A DNA stretch of 64,000 bases from Spirochaetia bacterium (GTDB lineage: Bacteria; Spirochaetota; Spirochaetia; SZUA-6; Bin103). This document shows, piece after piece, positions 1 through 9,304 of the stretch. Every line of letters starts with the position of its first letter. Position 1 is the first letter of the stretch. The stretch is taken from the NCBI GenBank assembly GCA_965199955.1, contig CBDATQ010000002.1:512001-576000 (forward strand). The letters are read 5' to 3'. Position numbers and translations under genes: made by a program. Under the pieces are notes generated by a model. The model had not been told where the DNA came from. It did no database searches and saw only the letters and a list, made by a program, of their open reading frames with translations.

Positions 1-762
1 AAGGCTGGCTGGTTTCCCCTGGTCGTTCGTGATCGAGATCGCGACCGGTACCTCGATTCCCTTCAAGCGGCGGACGCTGGCGATCTTTCTCCCGTCGTGG
101 AGTATTTCGGCGACCTGCAGAAGGGCGAATTCATCAAGGCTCTGAGCATCGCTCGTGACGTCATGAGCTCCGTCCGGGCGGAGGATGCGATCAAGGCGGT
201 TCGTCGTCAAATGGTGCGACGCCGGGACGCCCTTACCCAGGAATGGCAGCAGGCGCGAGACATCGCACGCCAACTTTGCGATTCCGCGAAGCGACGGTTA
301 GAGGAAGTCCGTGACGAATTAAGGCGAGAGATGGAACCTTTGCTGAGAGGCGCGACCTTCTTCGTCGACGACGCCGAAGATCATAATGAAAGAAGCCACT
401 ATTTTCGATCTCAGATCGTGGAGGCAGCAAGGAGGCTGGACTACTTCGCAAATATGGAGACGTACCGGTCATGGACGCGCTTGGTCATTAGAAGCGCAGA
501 CCATGACCAGAGCGAGCTGCTGGTTGCGTTTCATGGTATAGGTCAAGAGTTCCAGGGAGTCCTCGCCTGTTCTGCGATCTGCTTTCAGCGCGTCGCTACA
601 GGCGTGGGCGAACGGCAAGTGGCTTCCGTGGAACCTGTCTCGGAGGATGTATTCCAGATCAACTACAAGGAGCCCTTCGCCGAGGCCGAGCCGCGATTCA
701 TGCCTTGGATCGAGCGAAGTCTGATCCGGGCTCTGGACCTCTGGCAATCGACGGTGCTCTGA
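1..762 (+). CDS. Fic-family protein, C-terminal part (5' end outside the window)
   Basis: Frame is open from base 1: KAGWFPLVVRDRDRDRYLDSLQAADAGDLSPVVEYF resembles the helix after the Fic motif. The HPFxDGNGR motif is not in the window. Confidence 0.6.
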   Translation, partial: KAGWFPLVVRDRDRDRYLDSLQAADAGDLSPVVEYFGDLQKGEFIKALSIARDVMSSVRAEDAIKAVRRQMVRRRDALTQEWQQARDIARQLCDSAKRRLEEVRDELRREMEPLLRGATFFVDDAEDHNERSHYFRSQIVEAARRLDYFANMETYRSWTRLVIRSADHDQSELLVAFHGIGQEFQGVLACSAICFQRVATGVGERQVASVEPVSEDVFQINYKEPFAEAEPRFMPWIERSLIRALDLWQSTVL

Positions 763-879
763 CGGGCTCAGTTGTGGCGAGGAATAAGACCATGAGTGCG
801 GCGGTGTTCGGGATGTCGGTGCGGGCCGATCGCTACTGACCATGCGCTTGGAACGCGCGGCAGCCGCCGAGGGAACGGC

Positions 880-2148
880 ATGAGCCGGCCGATCACCGTG
901 GGCGTGGTCGGCGTGAGCCGCGGCCGGACGTTCGCGCGCGGGTCGGAGGCCGCGACCGGGCTGCGCCTGGTGGCGCTCTGCGACACCTGGGAGGAGCGGC
1001 TGGAGCAGGAGCGCCGCGAGCTCGCGGCGCGCGGAACGGCGGTGACGATCTATACCGACTACGACCGGTTTCTCCGGCACGACATGGACGCGGTCGTGCT
1101 GGCCAACCACTTCCACGAGCACGCTCCGTTCGCGATTCAAGCGCTGCGCTCGGGACGCCACGTGATGAGCGAGTGCGCGGCGTGCCACACGCCCGCCGAG
1201 GGCGTGGCGCTCATCCGCGCGGTCGAGGAGACCGGCAGGATCTACCTGTTCGCCGAGAACTACCCCTACATGGCCTACAACCAGGAGATGCGCAGGCTGT
1301 ACCGCGAGGGCACCGTCGGCACCTTCCTGTACGGCGAGGGCGAGTACGTGCACCCGGACAGCGCGCGCACCAAGGCGGGACGAAGCTTCGGGATGGACCA
1401 CTGGCGCAACTGGATACCGGCGACCTACTACTGCACGCACTCGCTGGCGCCGGTCATGTACATCACCGACACCCGCCCGGTGAAGGTCAACGGCTTCGTG
1501 GTGCCGTACTCGGCCGAAGACCCGACGCAGGCCATGCACGTGCGCCGCAGCGATACCGCCGGGCTCATCATCTGCCGCATGGATGACGACGCGGTGGTCA
1601 AGTCCCTGCACGGCGGGTTGCGCGGGCACCAGAACTTCGTGCGCATCCACGGCACCGGCGGGCTGATGGAGAACTGCCGTCACGGCGACCGCGCCGCCGT
1701 GCGCCTGCGGCGGGAGCCGTTCGACAAGCCGGCCGGCGCGCCGACGGAGACCGTGTACATGCCGGACTTCCCCGAGCACCACGACTTGGCCACGCGGGCC
1801 GGCCACGGCGGCGGCGACTTCTTCACCAGCTTCCTGTTCGCGCGCGCGATCCGCACCGGCACGCAGCCCTATCTGGACGTGTACCGCGGGGTGGAGATGA
1901 GCCTGGTCGGGGTGCTGGCCTGGCGCTCGGCGCTCGAGGACTCAAGGACCGTCATCGTGCCGAATCTGCGCGAGGAGTCCGAGCGGCACGCGTACGAGGA
2001 CGACCACTGGTCGCCCGATCCGGCGCGGGCGGGTCCGGGCCAGCCGCTGCCGAGCATCCTGGGCCACGTCGAGCCCTCGGATACTGCCAAGGAATTCGCC
2101 CGCGAGGTCTGGGCCGAGGCCGGCTACCGGGAGCCGGACGCCACGTGA
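880..2148 (+). CDS. Gfo/Idh/MocA family oxidoreductase
   Basis: N-terminal VGVVGVSRG Rossmann motif; HVMSE, AENY, EGEYVH and GHGGGD motifs; ATG at 880. Confidence 0.9.
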   Translation: MSRPITVGVVGVSRGRTFARGSEAATGLRLVALCDTWEERLEQERRELAARGTAVTIYTDYDRFLRHDMDAVVLANHFHEHAPFAIQALRSGRHVMSECAACHTPAEGVALIRAVEETGRIYLFAENYPYMAYNQEMRRLYREGTVGTFLYGEGEYVHPDSARTKAGRSFGMDHWRNWIPATYYCTHSLAPVMYITDTRPVKVNGFVVPYSAEDPTQAMHVRRSDTAGLIICRMDDDAVVKSLHGGLRGHQNFVRIHGTGGLMENCRHGDRAAVRLRREPFDKPAGAPTETVYMPDFPEHHDLATRAGHGGGDFFTSFLFARAIRTGTQPYLDVYRGVEMSLVGVLAWRSALEDSRTVIVPNLREESERHAYEDDHWSPDPARAGPGQPLPSILGHVEPSDTAKEFAREVWAEAGYREPDAT

Positions 2149-3392
2149 GCGCAGAGCTCAACGGAGTCGCGTACCAGGTTCCGGACGCTCCGGTCGCCGT
2201 GGTGTGCGTCGACGGCGGCGACCCGGAATACTTCGAGGCGGCACGGGCGGCCGGGTGCATTCCCACCGTCTCCCGCTTCATGAGTACCGGCTTCAGCGGT
2301 ATCGCGCACTGCGGCATCCCCAGCTTCACCTGCCCCAACAACATGTCGATCGCCACCGGCGCGCCGCCGAGGGTCCACGGCATCTCCGGCAACTTCTATC
2401 TCGACCGCGCGACCGGCCAGGCCGTGGTCATGACCGGCCCGGAGCTGATGCGGTCGCGCACCGTGTTCGACGTGCTCTCGAAGGCCGGCGCCCGGACCGT
2501 GGTGGTCACCGCCAAGGACAAGCTCCGCACCCAGCTCGGCAAGGGCCTGGAAGTCGCCGCCGGCAACGTCTGTTTCTCCTCCCAGCACGCCGACCGCTGC
2601 ACCGGCGCCGACAACGGCATCGTCGACGCCCTCGGCTTCGTCGGACAGCCGCTTCCCGACATGTACTCGGAGGAACTGTCGCTGTTCGTGCTCGACGCCG
2701 GCATCCGCTTCCTGGAGCGGGATGATCCGCCGGCGCTCCTGTACCTGTCGCTGACCGACTACGTGCAGCACAAGTACGCCCCCGAGCATCCCGCCGCGCT
2801 CGCCTTCCATGCGGCGCTGGATCGACGATTCGCGCGGCTGCAGGAGCTGGGCGCCACTGTCGCCCTGACCGCCGACCACGGCATGAAGGACAAGTGCGCG
2901 GCCGACGGCAGCTACAACATCGTCTACCTGCAGGATCTCCTGGACGAGCGCTTCGGCGCGGGCCGCACCCGGGTGATCTGCCCGATCACCGACGCGTTCG
3001 TCGGCCATCATGGATCGCTCGGCGGCTTCGTGCGGGTTTACTGCTTCGGCGGCGTGGAGGCGCGCGCGGTGGCCGACTTCATCCGCCCGCTCGATGGGAT
3101 CGAAGAGGTGCTGGAACGCGAGCAGGCGGCGCGGCGGTTCGATCTCCCCGCAGACGTGGAGGGGGACGTGGCGGTGATCTCCACGGCCGACTACTGTGTC
3201 GGCATGGGGCGCGCCGATCACGACCTGGCCGACCTGCACGGCGAGCGGCTGCGCTCCCACGGCGGACTGTCCGAGCGCGACGTGCCGTTCATCCTGAGCC
3301 GGCCGCTGAACGCCGGCTACCGCGCGCGGGCGCAGTCGGAGCGACTGATGAACCACCAGGTTCTCGACTACGCCATCAACGGCACCGGGTGA
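2145..3392 (+). CDS. phnA: Phosphonoacetate hydrolase (alkaline phosphatase superfamily)
   Basis: VVCVDGG, PSFTCPNNMSIATG, HGISGN, YLSLTDYVQHKYAP, TADHGM, PITDAFVGHHG and LRSHGG motifs; GTGA overlap with the upstream stop. Confidence 0.92.
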   Translation: MSAELNGVAYQVPDAPVAVVCVDGGDPEYFEAARAAGCIPTVSRFMSTGFSGIAHCGIPSFTCPNNMSIATGAPPRVHGISGNFYLDRATGQAVVMTGPELMRSRTVFDVLSKAGARTVVVTAKDKLRTQLGKGLEVAAGNVCFSSQHADRCTGADNGIVDALGFVGQPLPDMYSEELSLFVLDAGIRFLERDDPPALLYLSLTDYVQHKYAPEHPAALAFHAALDRRFARLQELGATVALTADHGMKDKCAADGSYNIVYLQDLLDERFGAGRTRVICPITDAFVGHHGSLGGFVRVYCFGGVEARAVADFIRPLDGIEEVLEREQAARRFDLPADVEGDVAVISTADYCVGMGRADHDLADLHGERLRSHGGLSERDVPFILSRPLNAGYRARAQSERLMNHQVLDYAINGTG

Positions 3393-3402
3393 GGACTCGC
3401 CC

Positions 3403-4500
3403 GTGGCACCACGCACGGCCCGCGCCGCCGTCTACGACGCTCCCAACACACCGTTCGTCGTGCGCCGCTATCCGCTGCGCGACGCGCGCCGTGACGAGGT
3501 GCTGGTGCGGGTCACCATGTCGACCATCTGCCGCTCGGACATCCATTCCTACCACGGCCACCGTCCCAACCCGTGCCCGGGGATCCTCGGCCACGAGATC
3601 ATCGGCGTCATCGATCAGCTTGGCGAGGACATAGAGACCGACCTGCGCGGCGATCCCGTCGCGGTCGGCGACCGGATCACCTGGACCGAGTACTTCCACC
3701 ACGGCCCCTCCTACTACCGGGAGGTGCACGACCTGCCGCAGAAGTCGGCGGGGGTGAGGAAGTACGGCCACGATCTGGTAGGCGACGACCCCCATTTCCT
3801 GGGCGGCTTCGCCGAGTACTGCTACGTCCTGCCCGGCACCGCCATCCTGAAGCTCCCGGAGGACCTGAGCGACGAGGAGGCGACCCCGGTCAACTGCGGC
3901 GTCGCCACCGTCGTCGCGATCACGGAGGCGACGCGGATCGGGATGGGCGACGTCGTGGCCGTCCAGGGACTGGGTCTGCTGGGGCTGTACGCGTGCGCGA
4001 TCGCCAGGACGCGCGGCGCCAGGCGAGTGATCGGCCTGGACGCAGTCGACGACCGTCTCGAGGCGGCCAGGCAGTTCGGCGCGGACACCGTGATCGATGT
4101 CTCCGGCCGCGGCTCGCAGGCGGTGGTGGCCGCGGTGCGCGAGCTGGCGCCGCCGGACGGCGTCGACGCCGTGATCGAGGTGTGCGGCGATGCCGCGGTG
4201 ATCCCGGACGGACTGGAGATGCTGCGCGTCGGCGGCCGCTACACGCTGGGCGGCATCGTCACCCCCGACGCCGACGTCACCATCGACGCCAACGTGCTGG
4301 TGAAGAAGTGGATCACCCTGCGCGGCGTCCACAACTACCACCCGCGGCACCTGATACAGGCGCTCGACTTCGTGGTCGCCAACCGGGACCGGTTTCCGTT
4401 CAAGCGGATTGTCGACGCCAGGTTCGGGCTCGACGAGCTCGACGAGGCGTTCCGCAAGGCGTCGGAGCGCACGGTGCTGCGCGCCGCGGTCGTGCCCTGA
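3403..4500 (+). CDS. Zinc-binding (MDR family) alcohol dehydrogenase
   Basis: ICRSD, LGHE and VNCG catalytic Zn ligands; GLGLLG Rossmann motif followed by Asp (NAD preference). Confidence 0.9.
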   Translation: MAPRTARAAVYDAPNTPFVVRRYPLRDARRDEVLVRVTMSTICRSDIHSYHGHRPNPCPGILGHEIIGVIDQLGEDIETDLRGDPVAVGDRITWTEYFHHGPSYYREVHDLPQKSAGVRKYGHDLVGDDPHFLGGFAEYCYVLPGTAILKLPEDLSDEEATPVNCGVATVVAITEATRIGMGDVVAVQGLGLLGLYACAIARTRGARRVIGLDAVDDRLEAARQFGADTVIDVSGRGSQAVVAAVRELAPPDGVDAVIEVCGDAAVIPDGLEMLRVGGRYTLGGIVTPDADVTIDANVLVKKWITLRGVHNYHPRHLIQALDFVVANRDRFPFKRIVDARFGLDELDEAFRKASERTVLRAAVVP

Positions 4501-5951
4501 TGCAAACGCCCGACCTGGCGTTCGAGCCGCGGGGACTGTTCGTCGGCGGCGAATGGATCGCCGCCCGGTCGGGGCGGACCATCACCAGCATCAATCCCGC
4601 CAACGGTGAGCTGCTGGGCTCGGTGCCGCTGGCCGACGAGCACGACGTTGACCGGACGGTGGCCGCCGCCAGGGACGCGTTCCCGGCGTGGGCGGCGCTG
4701 CCGGTGACGCGCCGGGCGGACTGCCTTCGGCGGCTGGCCGATGCCGTCGAGGGCAACGCCGGCTCCCTGGCGCTGATGGACGCGGTGGACAGCGGCAATG
4801 CCATCTCCGGCATGCGGGGCGACATGACCTGGACGGCCGACGCCCTGCGCTACTTTGCCGGGCTGGTCACCGAGATGAAGGGCCAGACCATGTCGCGCGA
4901 GCAGGGCCACCTCAACCTGACCCTGCGTCAGCCGTATGGCGTGGTCGCCCGGATCAACCCGTTCAACCATCCGTTCCGCTTCTGCGCCGAAAAGGCGGCC
5001 TCCGCGCTGGCCGCCGGCAACACCGTCGTGATCAAGGGTCCGGAACAGGCGCCGCTGTCGAGCCTGAAGCTGGGCGAGCTGTGCGCGGAGATCTTCCCGC
5101 CTGGGGTGGTGAACATCGTGACCGGAGACGGCGCCACCGGATCCGCCTTGGTGCGCCACCCGGACGTGGCGCGGGTCGGCTTCGTCGGCTCGGTGGAGAC
5201 CGGGCGCATCGTCGCCCGCGAGGCTGCCGAGAGCCTCAAGGAGGTCACCCTGGAGCTCGGCGGCAAGAACCCGATCGTCATCTTTCCCGACGCCGACCCG
5301 GCCAAGGCGGCGGCGCAGGCGGTAGCGGCGATGAACATGAACCGCCAGGGGCAGTCGTGCTCCTCCACCTCGCGGGTGCTCGTGCACCGCTCGCTGCACG
5401 AGCGCGTGAGCGCCGAGCTGGTCAAGGCCGCGTCCGCGATTCCGATCGGCCTGCCGTGGCTGGAGGACGCCGAGATGGGGCCGATCGTGTCGCGGCCGCA
5501 GTACGAGCGGGTGCTCCGGTACGTCGCCTCCGGCCGGGAAGAGGGCGCCGAGCTGCTGACCGGCGGCGGCCCGCCGTCCGCTCCGGAGCTCGCTGGCGGC
5601 TTCTTCATCAAGCCCACCGTGTTCGACCGCGTACGGCCCGAGATGCGTATCGGCAGCGAGGAGATCTTCGGTCCGGTGATGGCGATCATGAGCTGGTCCG
5701 ACTTCGACGAGATGATCGAGGTCGCCAACGGCGTGATGTATGGCCTGACGGCGTCGCTGGTCACCAACGACTTCGGCGCCGCGATGCGCGCGGCCGAGCG
5801 GTTGCAGGCGGGCTACGTGTGGATCAACTCCTCGGGCCGCTACCTCGGCGCGCCTTACGGCGGCTGGAAGCAGAGCGGGATCGGCAAGGAGGAGTCGTTC
5901 GAGGAGTTGCTGAGCCACACGCGCGTCAAGAACATCAACATGCGCTGGTAG
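4500..5951 (+). CDS. NAD(P)-dependent aldehyde dehydrogenase
   Basis: INPFNHP, FVGSVETG, LELGGKNP, GQSCS (catalytic Cys), EEIFGPV and PYGGWKQSG motifs; ATG overlaps the upstream TGA (TGATG). Confidence 0.93.
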   Translation: MQTPDLAFEPRGLFVGGEWIAARSGRTITSINPANGELLGSVPLADEHDVDRTVAAARDAFPAWAALPVTRRADCLRRLADAVEGNAGSLALMDAVDSGNAISGMRGDMTWTADALRYFAGLVTEMKGQTMSREQGHLNLTLRQPYGVVARINPFNHPFRFCAEKAASALAAGNTVVIKGPEQAPLSSLKLGELCAEIFPPGVVNIVTGDGATGSALVRHPDVARVGFVGSVETGRIVAREAAESLKEVTLELGGKNPIVIFPDADPAKAAAQAVAAMNMNRQGQSCSSTSRVLVHRSLHERVSAELVKAASAIPIGLPWLEDAEMGPIVSRPQYERVLRYVASGREEGAELLTGGGPPSAPELAGGFFIKPTVFDRVRPEMRIGSEEIFGPVMAIMSWSDFDEMIEVANGVMYGLTASLVTNDFGAAMRAAERLQAGYVWINSSGRYLGAPYGGWKQSGIGKEESFEELLSHTRVKNINMRW

Positions 5952-5981
5952 CTGCGTGAGCCGCGCAATGGGAGCAAACTG

Positions 5982-7172
5982 ATGGGAATCAGCGTCGCGA
6001 TGGTCGGGACCGGGGCGTTCGCGCAGGGGTTCATCCCGCTGTTCAAGGCGCACCCGCTGGTCGAGCGGATCGCTCTCTGCGATCTGGACGCCGAGAAGCT
6101 CGAGGACAACAAGGCCCGCCACGGGATCGCCGAGTCGTTCCCGTCTCTGGACGAGGTGTGTACCTCCGACTTCGATGCCGCCGTCATCATCACGCAGCCG
6201 TGGTTGCACGGCCCGCAGGCGGTGCAGGCGCTGCGGGCGGGCAAGCACGCCTGGTCGGCGGTGCCGGCGGGACGGACGCTCGACGAGTGCCGGGCGCTGG
6301 TGCAGGCGGTGGAGGAGACCGGCCGCATCTACATGATGGCGGAGACCAGCTACTACTACCCGGCGGTCATCTACTGCCGCCGGCGCCATGCCGAGGGGGC
6401 GTTCGGCAGCATCGTCTACTCCGAGTGCGAGTACTACCACGACTGGGACCACGGGCTGTACGAGGTGGCCCGCTGGCGGGGCGGGGAACGCTGGCGCTGG
6501 AGCGCCGGCGCGCCGCCCATGTACTATCCGACCCACTCCACCAGCCAGATCATGTCGGTGACCGGGGCGCGCATGACGCGCGTCTCCTGCCAGGGATTCG
6601 TCGACCACCACTCCGACGCCGTGTACGAGGCGGCCAACAACGAGTACGGCAACACCTTCAGCAACGAGGTCGCGCTGTTCGCGATGTCGGACGGCAGCGC
6701 CTGCCGGGTGAACGAGTTCCGGCGCATCGGCCACCCCGGAGCGGTACGGATGAGCCTGTTCGGGACCGAGGGCTCGTTCGAGGAGGCCGTGGGCTCGCAG
6801 CGGTTCCTGGCCAAGAGCATGGACGACGTGGTGGACGTCTCCGATCTGTTGACCTGCCGCACGGAGCCGGCCGATGCCGACCGCGGCGAGATGGGGGCCG
6901 TGACGTCGCGCGACGGGACGCACCTGGGCTCCGCGCGCATCCACCCGGTGGAGCGGCTGCCGCGCGAGTTCGCCGGGCTGCCCAACGGCCACGCCGGCGC
7001 CCACCAGTTCCTGGTCGACGACTTCGTCCGCTCCTGCCACGAAGGGACGCAGCCGCCCAACCACGTGTGGAACGCCGCCGCCTACACGGTGCCGGGCATC
7101 GTCGCCCACGAGTCGGCGCTCCGTGGCGGCGAGCTGCTCGACATCCCGGAGCTGGGGACGCCGCCCGAGTGA
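5982..7172 (+). CDS. Gfo/Idh/MocA family oxidoreductase
   Basis: VGTGAFA Rossmann motif; AETSYY, ECEYYH, YPTHS and NGHAGAH motifs. Confidence 0.9.
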   Translation: MGISVAMVGTGAFAQGFIPLFKAHPLVERIALCDLDAEKLEDNKARHGIAESFPSLDEVCTSDFDAAVIITQPWLHGPQAVQALRAGKHAWSAVPAGRTLDECRALVQAVEETGRIYMMAETSYYYPAVIYCRRRHAEGAFGSIVYSECEYYHDWDHGLYEVARWRGGERWRWSAGAPPMYYPTHSTSQIMSVTGARMTRVSCQGFVDHHSDAVYEAANNEYGNTFSNEVALFAMSDGSACRVNEFRRIGHPGAVRMSLFGTEGSFEEAVGSQRFLAKSMDDVVDVSDLLTCRTEPADADRGEMGAVTSRDGTHLGSARIHPVERLPREFAGLPNGHAGAHQFLVDDFVRSCHEGTQPPNHVWNAAAYTVPGIVAHESALRGGELLDIPELGTPPE

Positions 7173-7450
7173 TGAAGGCAGTATCGGATATGGCTCTCGT
7201 TGGACGAGTTTCAGGAAGTCATGACTGCACTCGTGCCCGAGTTGATTGCTGCCCATCACGGTGAGGAGGAACTGATGTACCACGAGACAGAGCGCGCATG
7301 GGAGTATGAAAAGAAGGCGGCGTATGGCGAACAACTACTACAGGAGAGTGGTCAGGTTGATTAGAGGAAACTGGATTTGAACGTCTTCCGAAGAGCCAGC
7401 AACCCTCTGGAAGTCATGAAATATGGAAGAACTCTTTCGGAAGGATTTCC

Positions 7451-7708
7451 TCGTGCTGGTACACCTTCGTGATGGAGAACGTCGGCAGCAACGCGGAACC
7501 TCGGTTCGACCGCCCGCGGCCGATCCGGGACGAGCGGGGAACGCCGGTCAAGGTCTCCCAGCACGAGAGCCACGTGACCGCCTGCGACTGGGACGGCGAC
7601 GGCACCCCCGACCTGATCGTGGGCGGCGAATCGGGCGGGCTTTACGTCTTTCACCACGACTGGGTGAGCGGCATCTACCACCGGGCGGAGGTCGCGGGAA
7701 GCGCGTGA
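7451..7708 (+). pseudogene. 3' remnant of an FG-GAP/VCBS repeat protein
   Basis: ENVGSNAEPRF and DWDGDGTPDLIVGGESG motifs. Only ~85 aa, preceded by unrelated lower-GC DNA. Confidence 0.6.
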
Positions 7709-8847
7709 TGGGGCCGATCGAGGTCGTCGGCGAGGTTGCCGTAGCCGCCGGCCCCGTAGCCGCCGGCCCCGGCGCCGCCCACCGGGCGTGGCCGTCGCTG
7801 GAGCGCACGGAAGACGGCGGCCTGGTGGTCGCCTACAAGGTCGGCCCCGACCACCACAAGACCGACGACGGCGTCGTCTGGGTGGCTCGCTCGGAGGACG
7901 GCGGGCTGACGTGGCCGTTCCGCCGGCCGGTGGTCGCCGAGCCGGGGTGGGACGTGTTCACCCATCACGGCCTGACCCGCCTGCGCGACGGCAGCCTGCT
8001 GCTGCACTGCGTGCGTGCCCGCCACCTCGGCGCCGAGGAAGCCGGAGACGCCGGGGAGGGCGCCTTCTTTGCGCGCGGCGCCTTCATCCGCTCGGAAGAC
8101 GGCGGCCGGACGTGGCTGCCGCACGGGCCGCCGCTCGAAATGCCGTTCATCAGCGCCACCGGCCGGGGGTTCTGCTACGGGAAGATCCAGGAGCTGGCCG
8201 GCGGCGCGCTGATCGTCCCGTTCTACGGCACACCGGCCGACCGTACCGACGAGCTGCAGCGGGTCCTGGCGATCGTCCGCTCCGACGACGGCGGCCGCTC
8301 GTGGCGGGAGTACTCGTTTGTCTCCGCGGACCCGTCCTCGCCCCTGCGGCCGAGCGAGACCGATCTGCTGCGGCTGGCCGACGGCCGGCTGCTGGCGGTG
8401 GTGCGAGCAAACGCCAGGAAACGGCTGTATTGCGCCTGGTCCGAGGACGACGGGCTCTCCTGGAGCGAGCTCGAGCCCACGCCGATGCCGGGCCAGTCGC
8501 CGGCGCTGCTCGCGCTGGAGTCCGGCGCCATCCTGTGCGCCTACCGCGTACGAACCGCGGAGGCGTTCGGCTTGGGCTGCGCGGTGAGCCGGGACGGCGG
8601 AGCGACCTGGCAGGTCCTGGGCAGCCTGTACGCCGGCGACAGTGGCGACTGCGCCTACCCGTCGATGGTGACGCTCCCCGACGGCACCGTCTATTGCGCG
8701 TTCTACACCAGCCCGCGCCCGACCGCCGACGGCCCCGACTCAGAGATCCGCGGACTCATCATCACCGACCCCACGGCGACGGTTTTGGGCGCTAACCGAA
8801 GTTCGCCAGCAGGTACTCCGCGATCGCGTCCTCGACGCTGCGGGTGA
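7708..8847 (+). CDS. Sialidase/BNR (Asp-box) repeat protein
   Basis: Five Asp boxes (SEDGGLTW, SEDGGRTW, SDDGGRSW, SEDDGLSW, SRDGGATW) and DCAYPS. The 3' end overlaps the convergent gene. Confidence 0.85.
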   Translation: MGPIEVVGEVAVAAGPVAAGPGAAHRAWPSLERTEDGGLVVAYKVGPDHHKTDDGVVWVARSEDGGLTWPFRRPVVAEPGWDVFTHHGLTRLRDGSLLLHCVRARHLGAEEAGDAGEGAFFARGAFIRSEDGGRTWLPHGPPLEMPFISATGRGFCYGKIQELAGGALIVPFYGTPADRTDELQRVLAIVRSDDGGRSWREYSFVSADPSSPLRPSETDLLRLADGRLLAVVRANARKRLYCAWSEDDGLSWSELEPTPMPGQSPALLALESGAILCAYRVRTAEAFGLGCAVSRDGGATWQVLGSLYAGDSGDCAYPSMVTLPDGTVYCAFYTSPRPTADGPDSEIRGLIITDPTATVLGANRSSPAGTPRSRPRRCG

Positions 8848-9304
8848 CGCTCTGCAGGATGAACGTGCGGCCGCCGACTCCGTAGCGGCCGAAATTCCAG
8901 TCGTACACCATCTCCGGCCGGTCGGTATCCCAGGGCGGACTGAAGTGTATCTCCTGACTGAAGACAAGCTCACCCTCGTCCGGCGCGAAGCAGGACACGA
9001 CGATCCGCAGGTGCAGCTCCACGAGCCCGTACTGGGACGTCGCCAGTGCGCCGCGCGCCATCGCAGCGTCCAGAACCCGCTCGACGTCCTCCTGCCCGAT
9101 CGGGCAGTCCAGGTCCACGAACACCCGGTACCCGAGCTCGTCGGGGTTCTCCTTGCGGATGGCCTCGTGCAGCCACGACGGTGCGTCGGCATGCACGCCG
9201 GCCGCCACGCAGAACAAGAGAGCCACGGGCGCGAGCCTGAGCGCAGTTGAGATCTTCACGGTCGAGAGCTTCTCCGTCTTCGGAAGACGAGGCAGCTTCA
9301 GCAT
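8792..9304 (-). CDS. Hypothetical secreted protein
   Basis: Signal-peptide-like segment (LAPVALLFCVAAGVHA) and coding-like codon bias; start uncertain. Confidence 0.6.
   Translation of the reverse strand: MLKLPRLPKTEKLSTVKISTALRLAPVALLFCVAAGVHADAPSWLHEAIRKENPDELGYRVFVDLDCPIGQEDVERVLDAAMARGALATSQYGLVELHLRIVVSCFAPDEGELVFSQEIHFSPPWDTDRPEMVYDWNFGRYGVGGRTFILQSVTRSVEDAIAEYLLANFG

Noticed and set aside
792..839. 15-codon ORF MSAAVFGMSVRADRY with an SD-like GAGGA
   Set aside because: Too short and featureless to support as a leader peptide or gene.
3573..4499. N-terminal extension making a 792-aa ALDH
   Set aside because: It overlaps the ADH in another frame; the ALDH starts at the coupled ATG at 4500.
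4500..5951. Naming the ALDH phnY
   Set aside because: The context fits, but the active-site motif does not match the PhnY consensus I recall; left unnamed.
4335..7334. 999-aa minus-strand ORF and similar long ORFs (15342..17681, 32196..34631, 35667..37724, 50389..52326)
   Set aside because: Antisense or alternate-frame shadows of motif-bearing genes, expected in high-GC DNA; no recognisable motifs.
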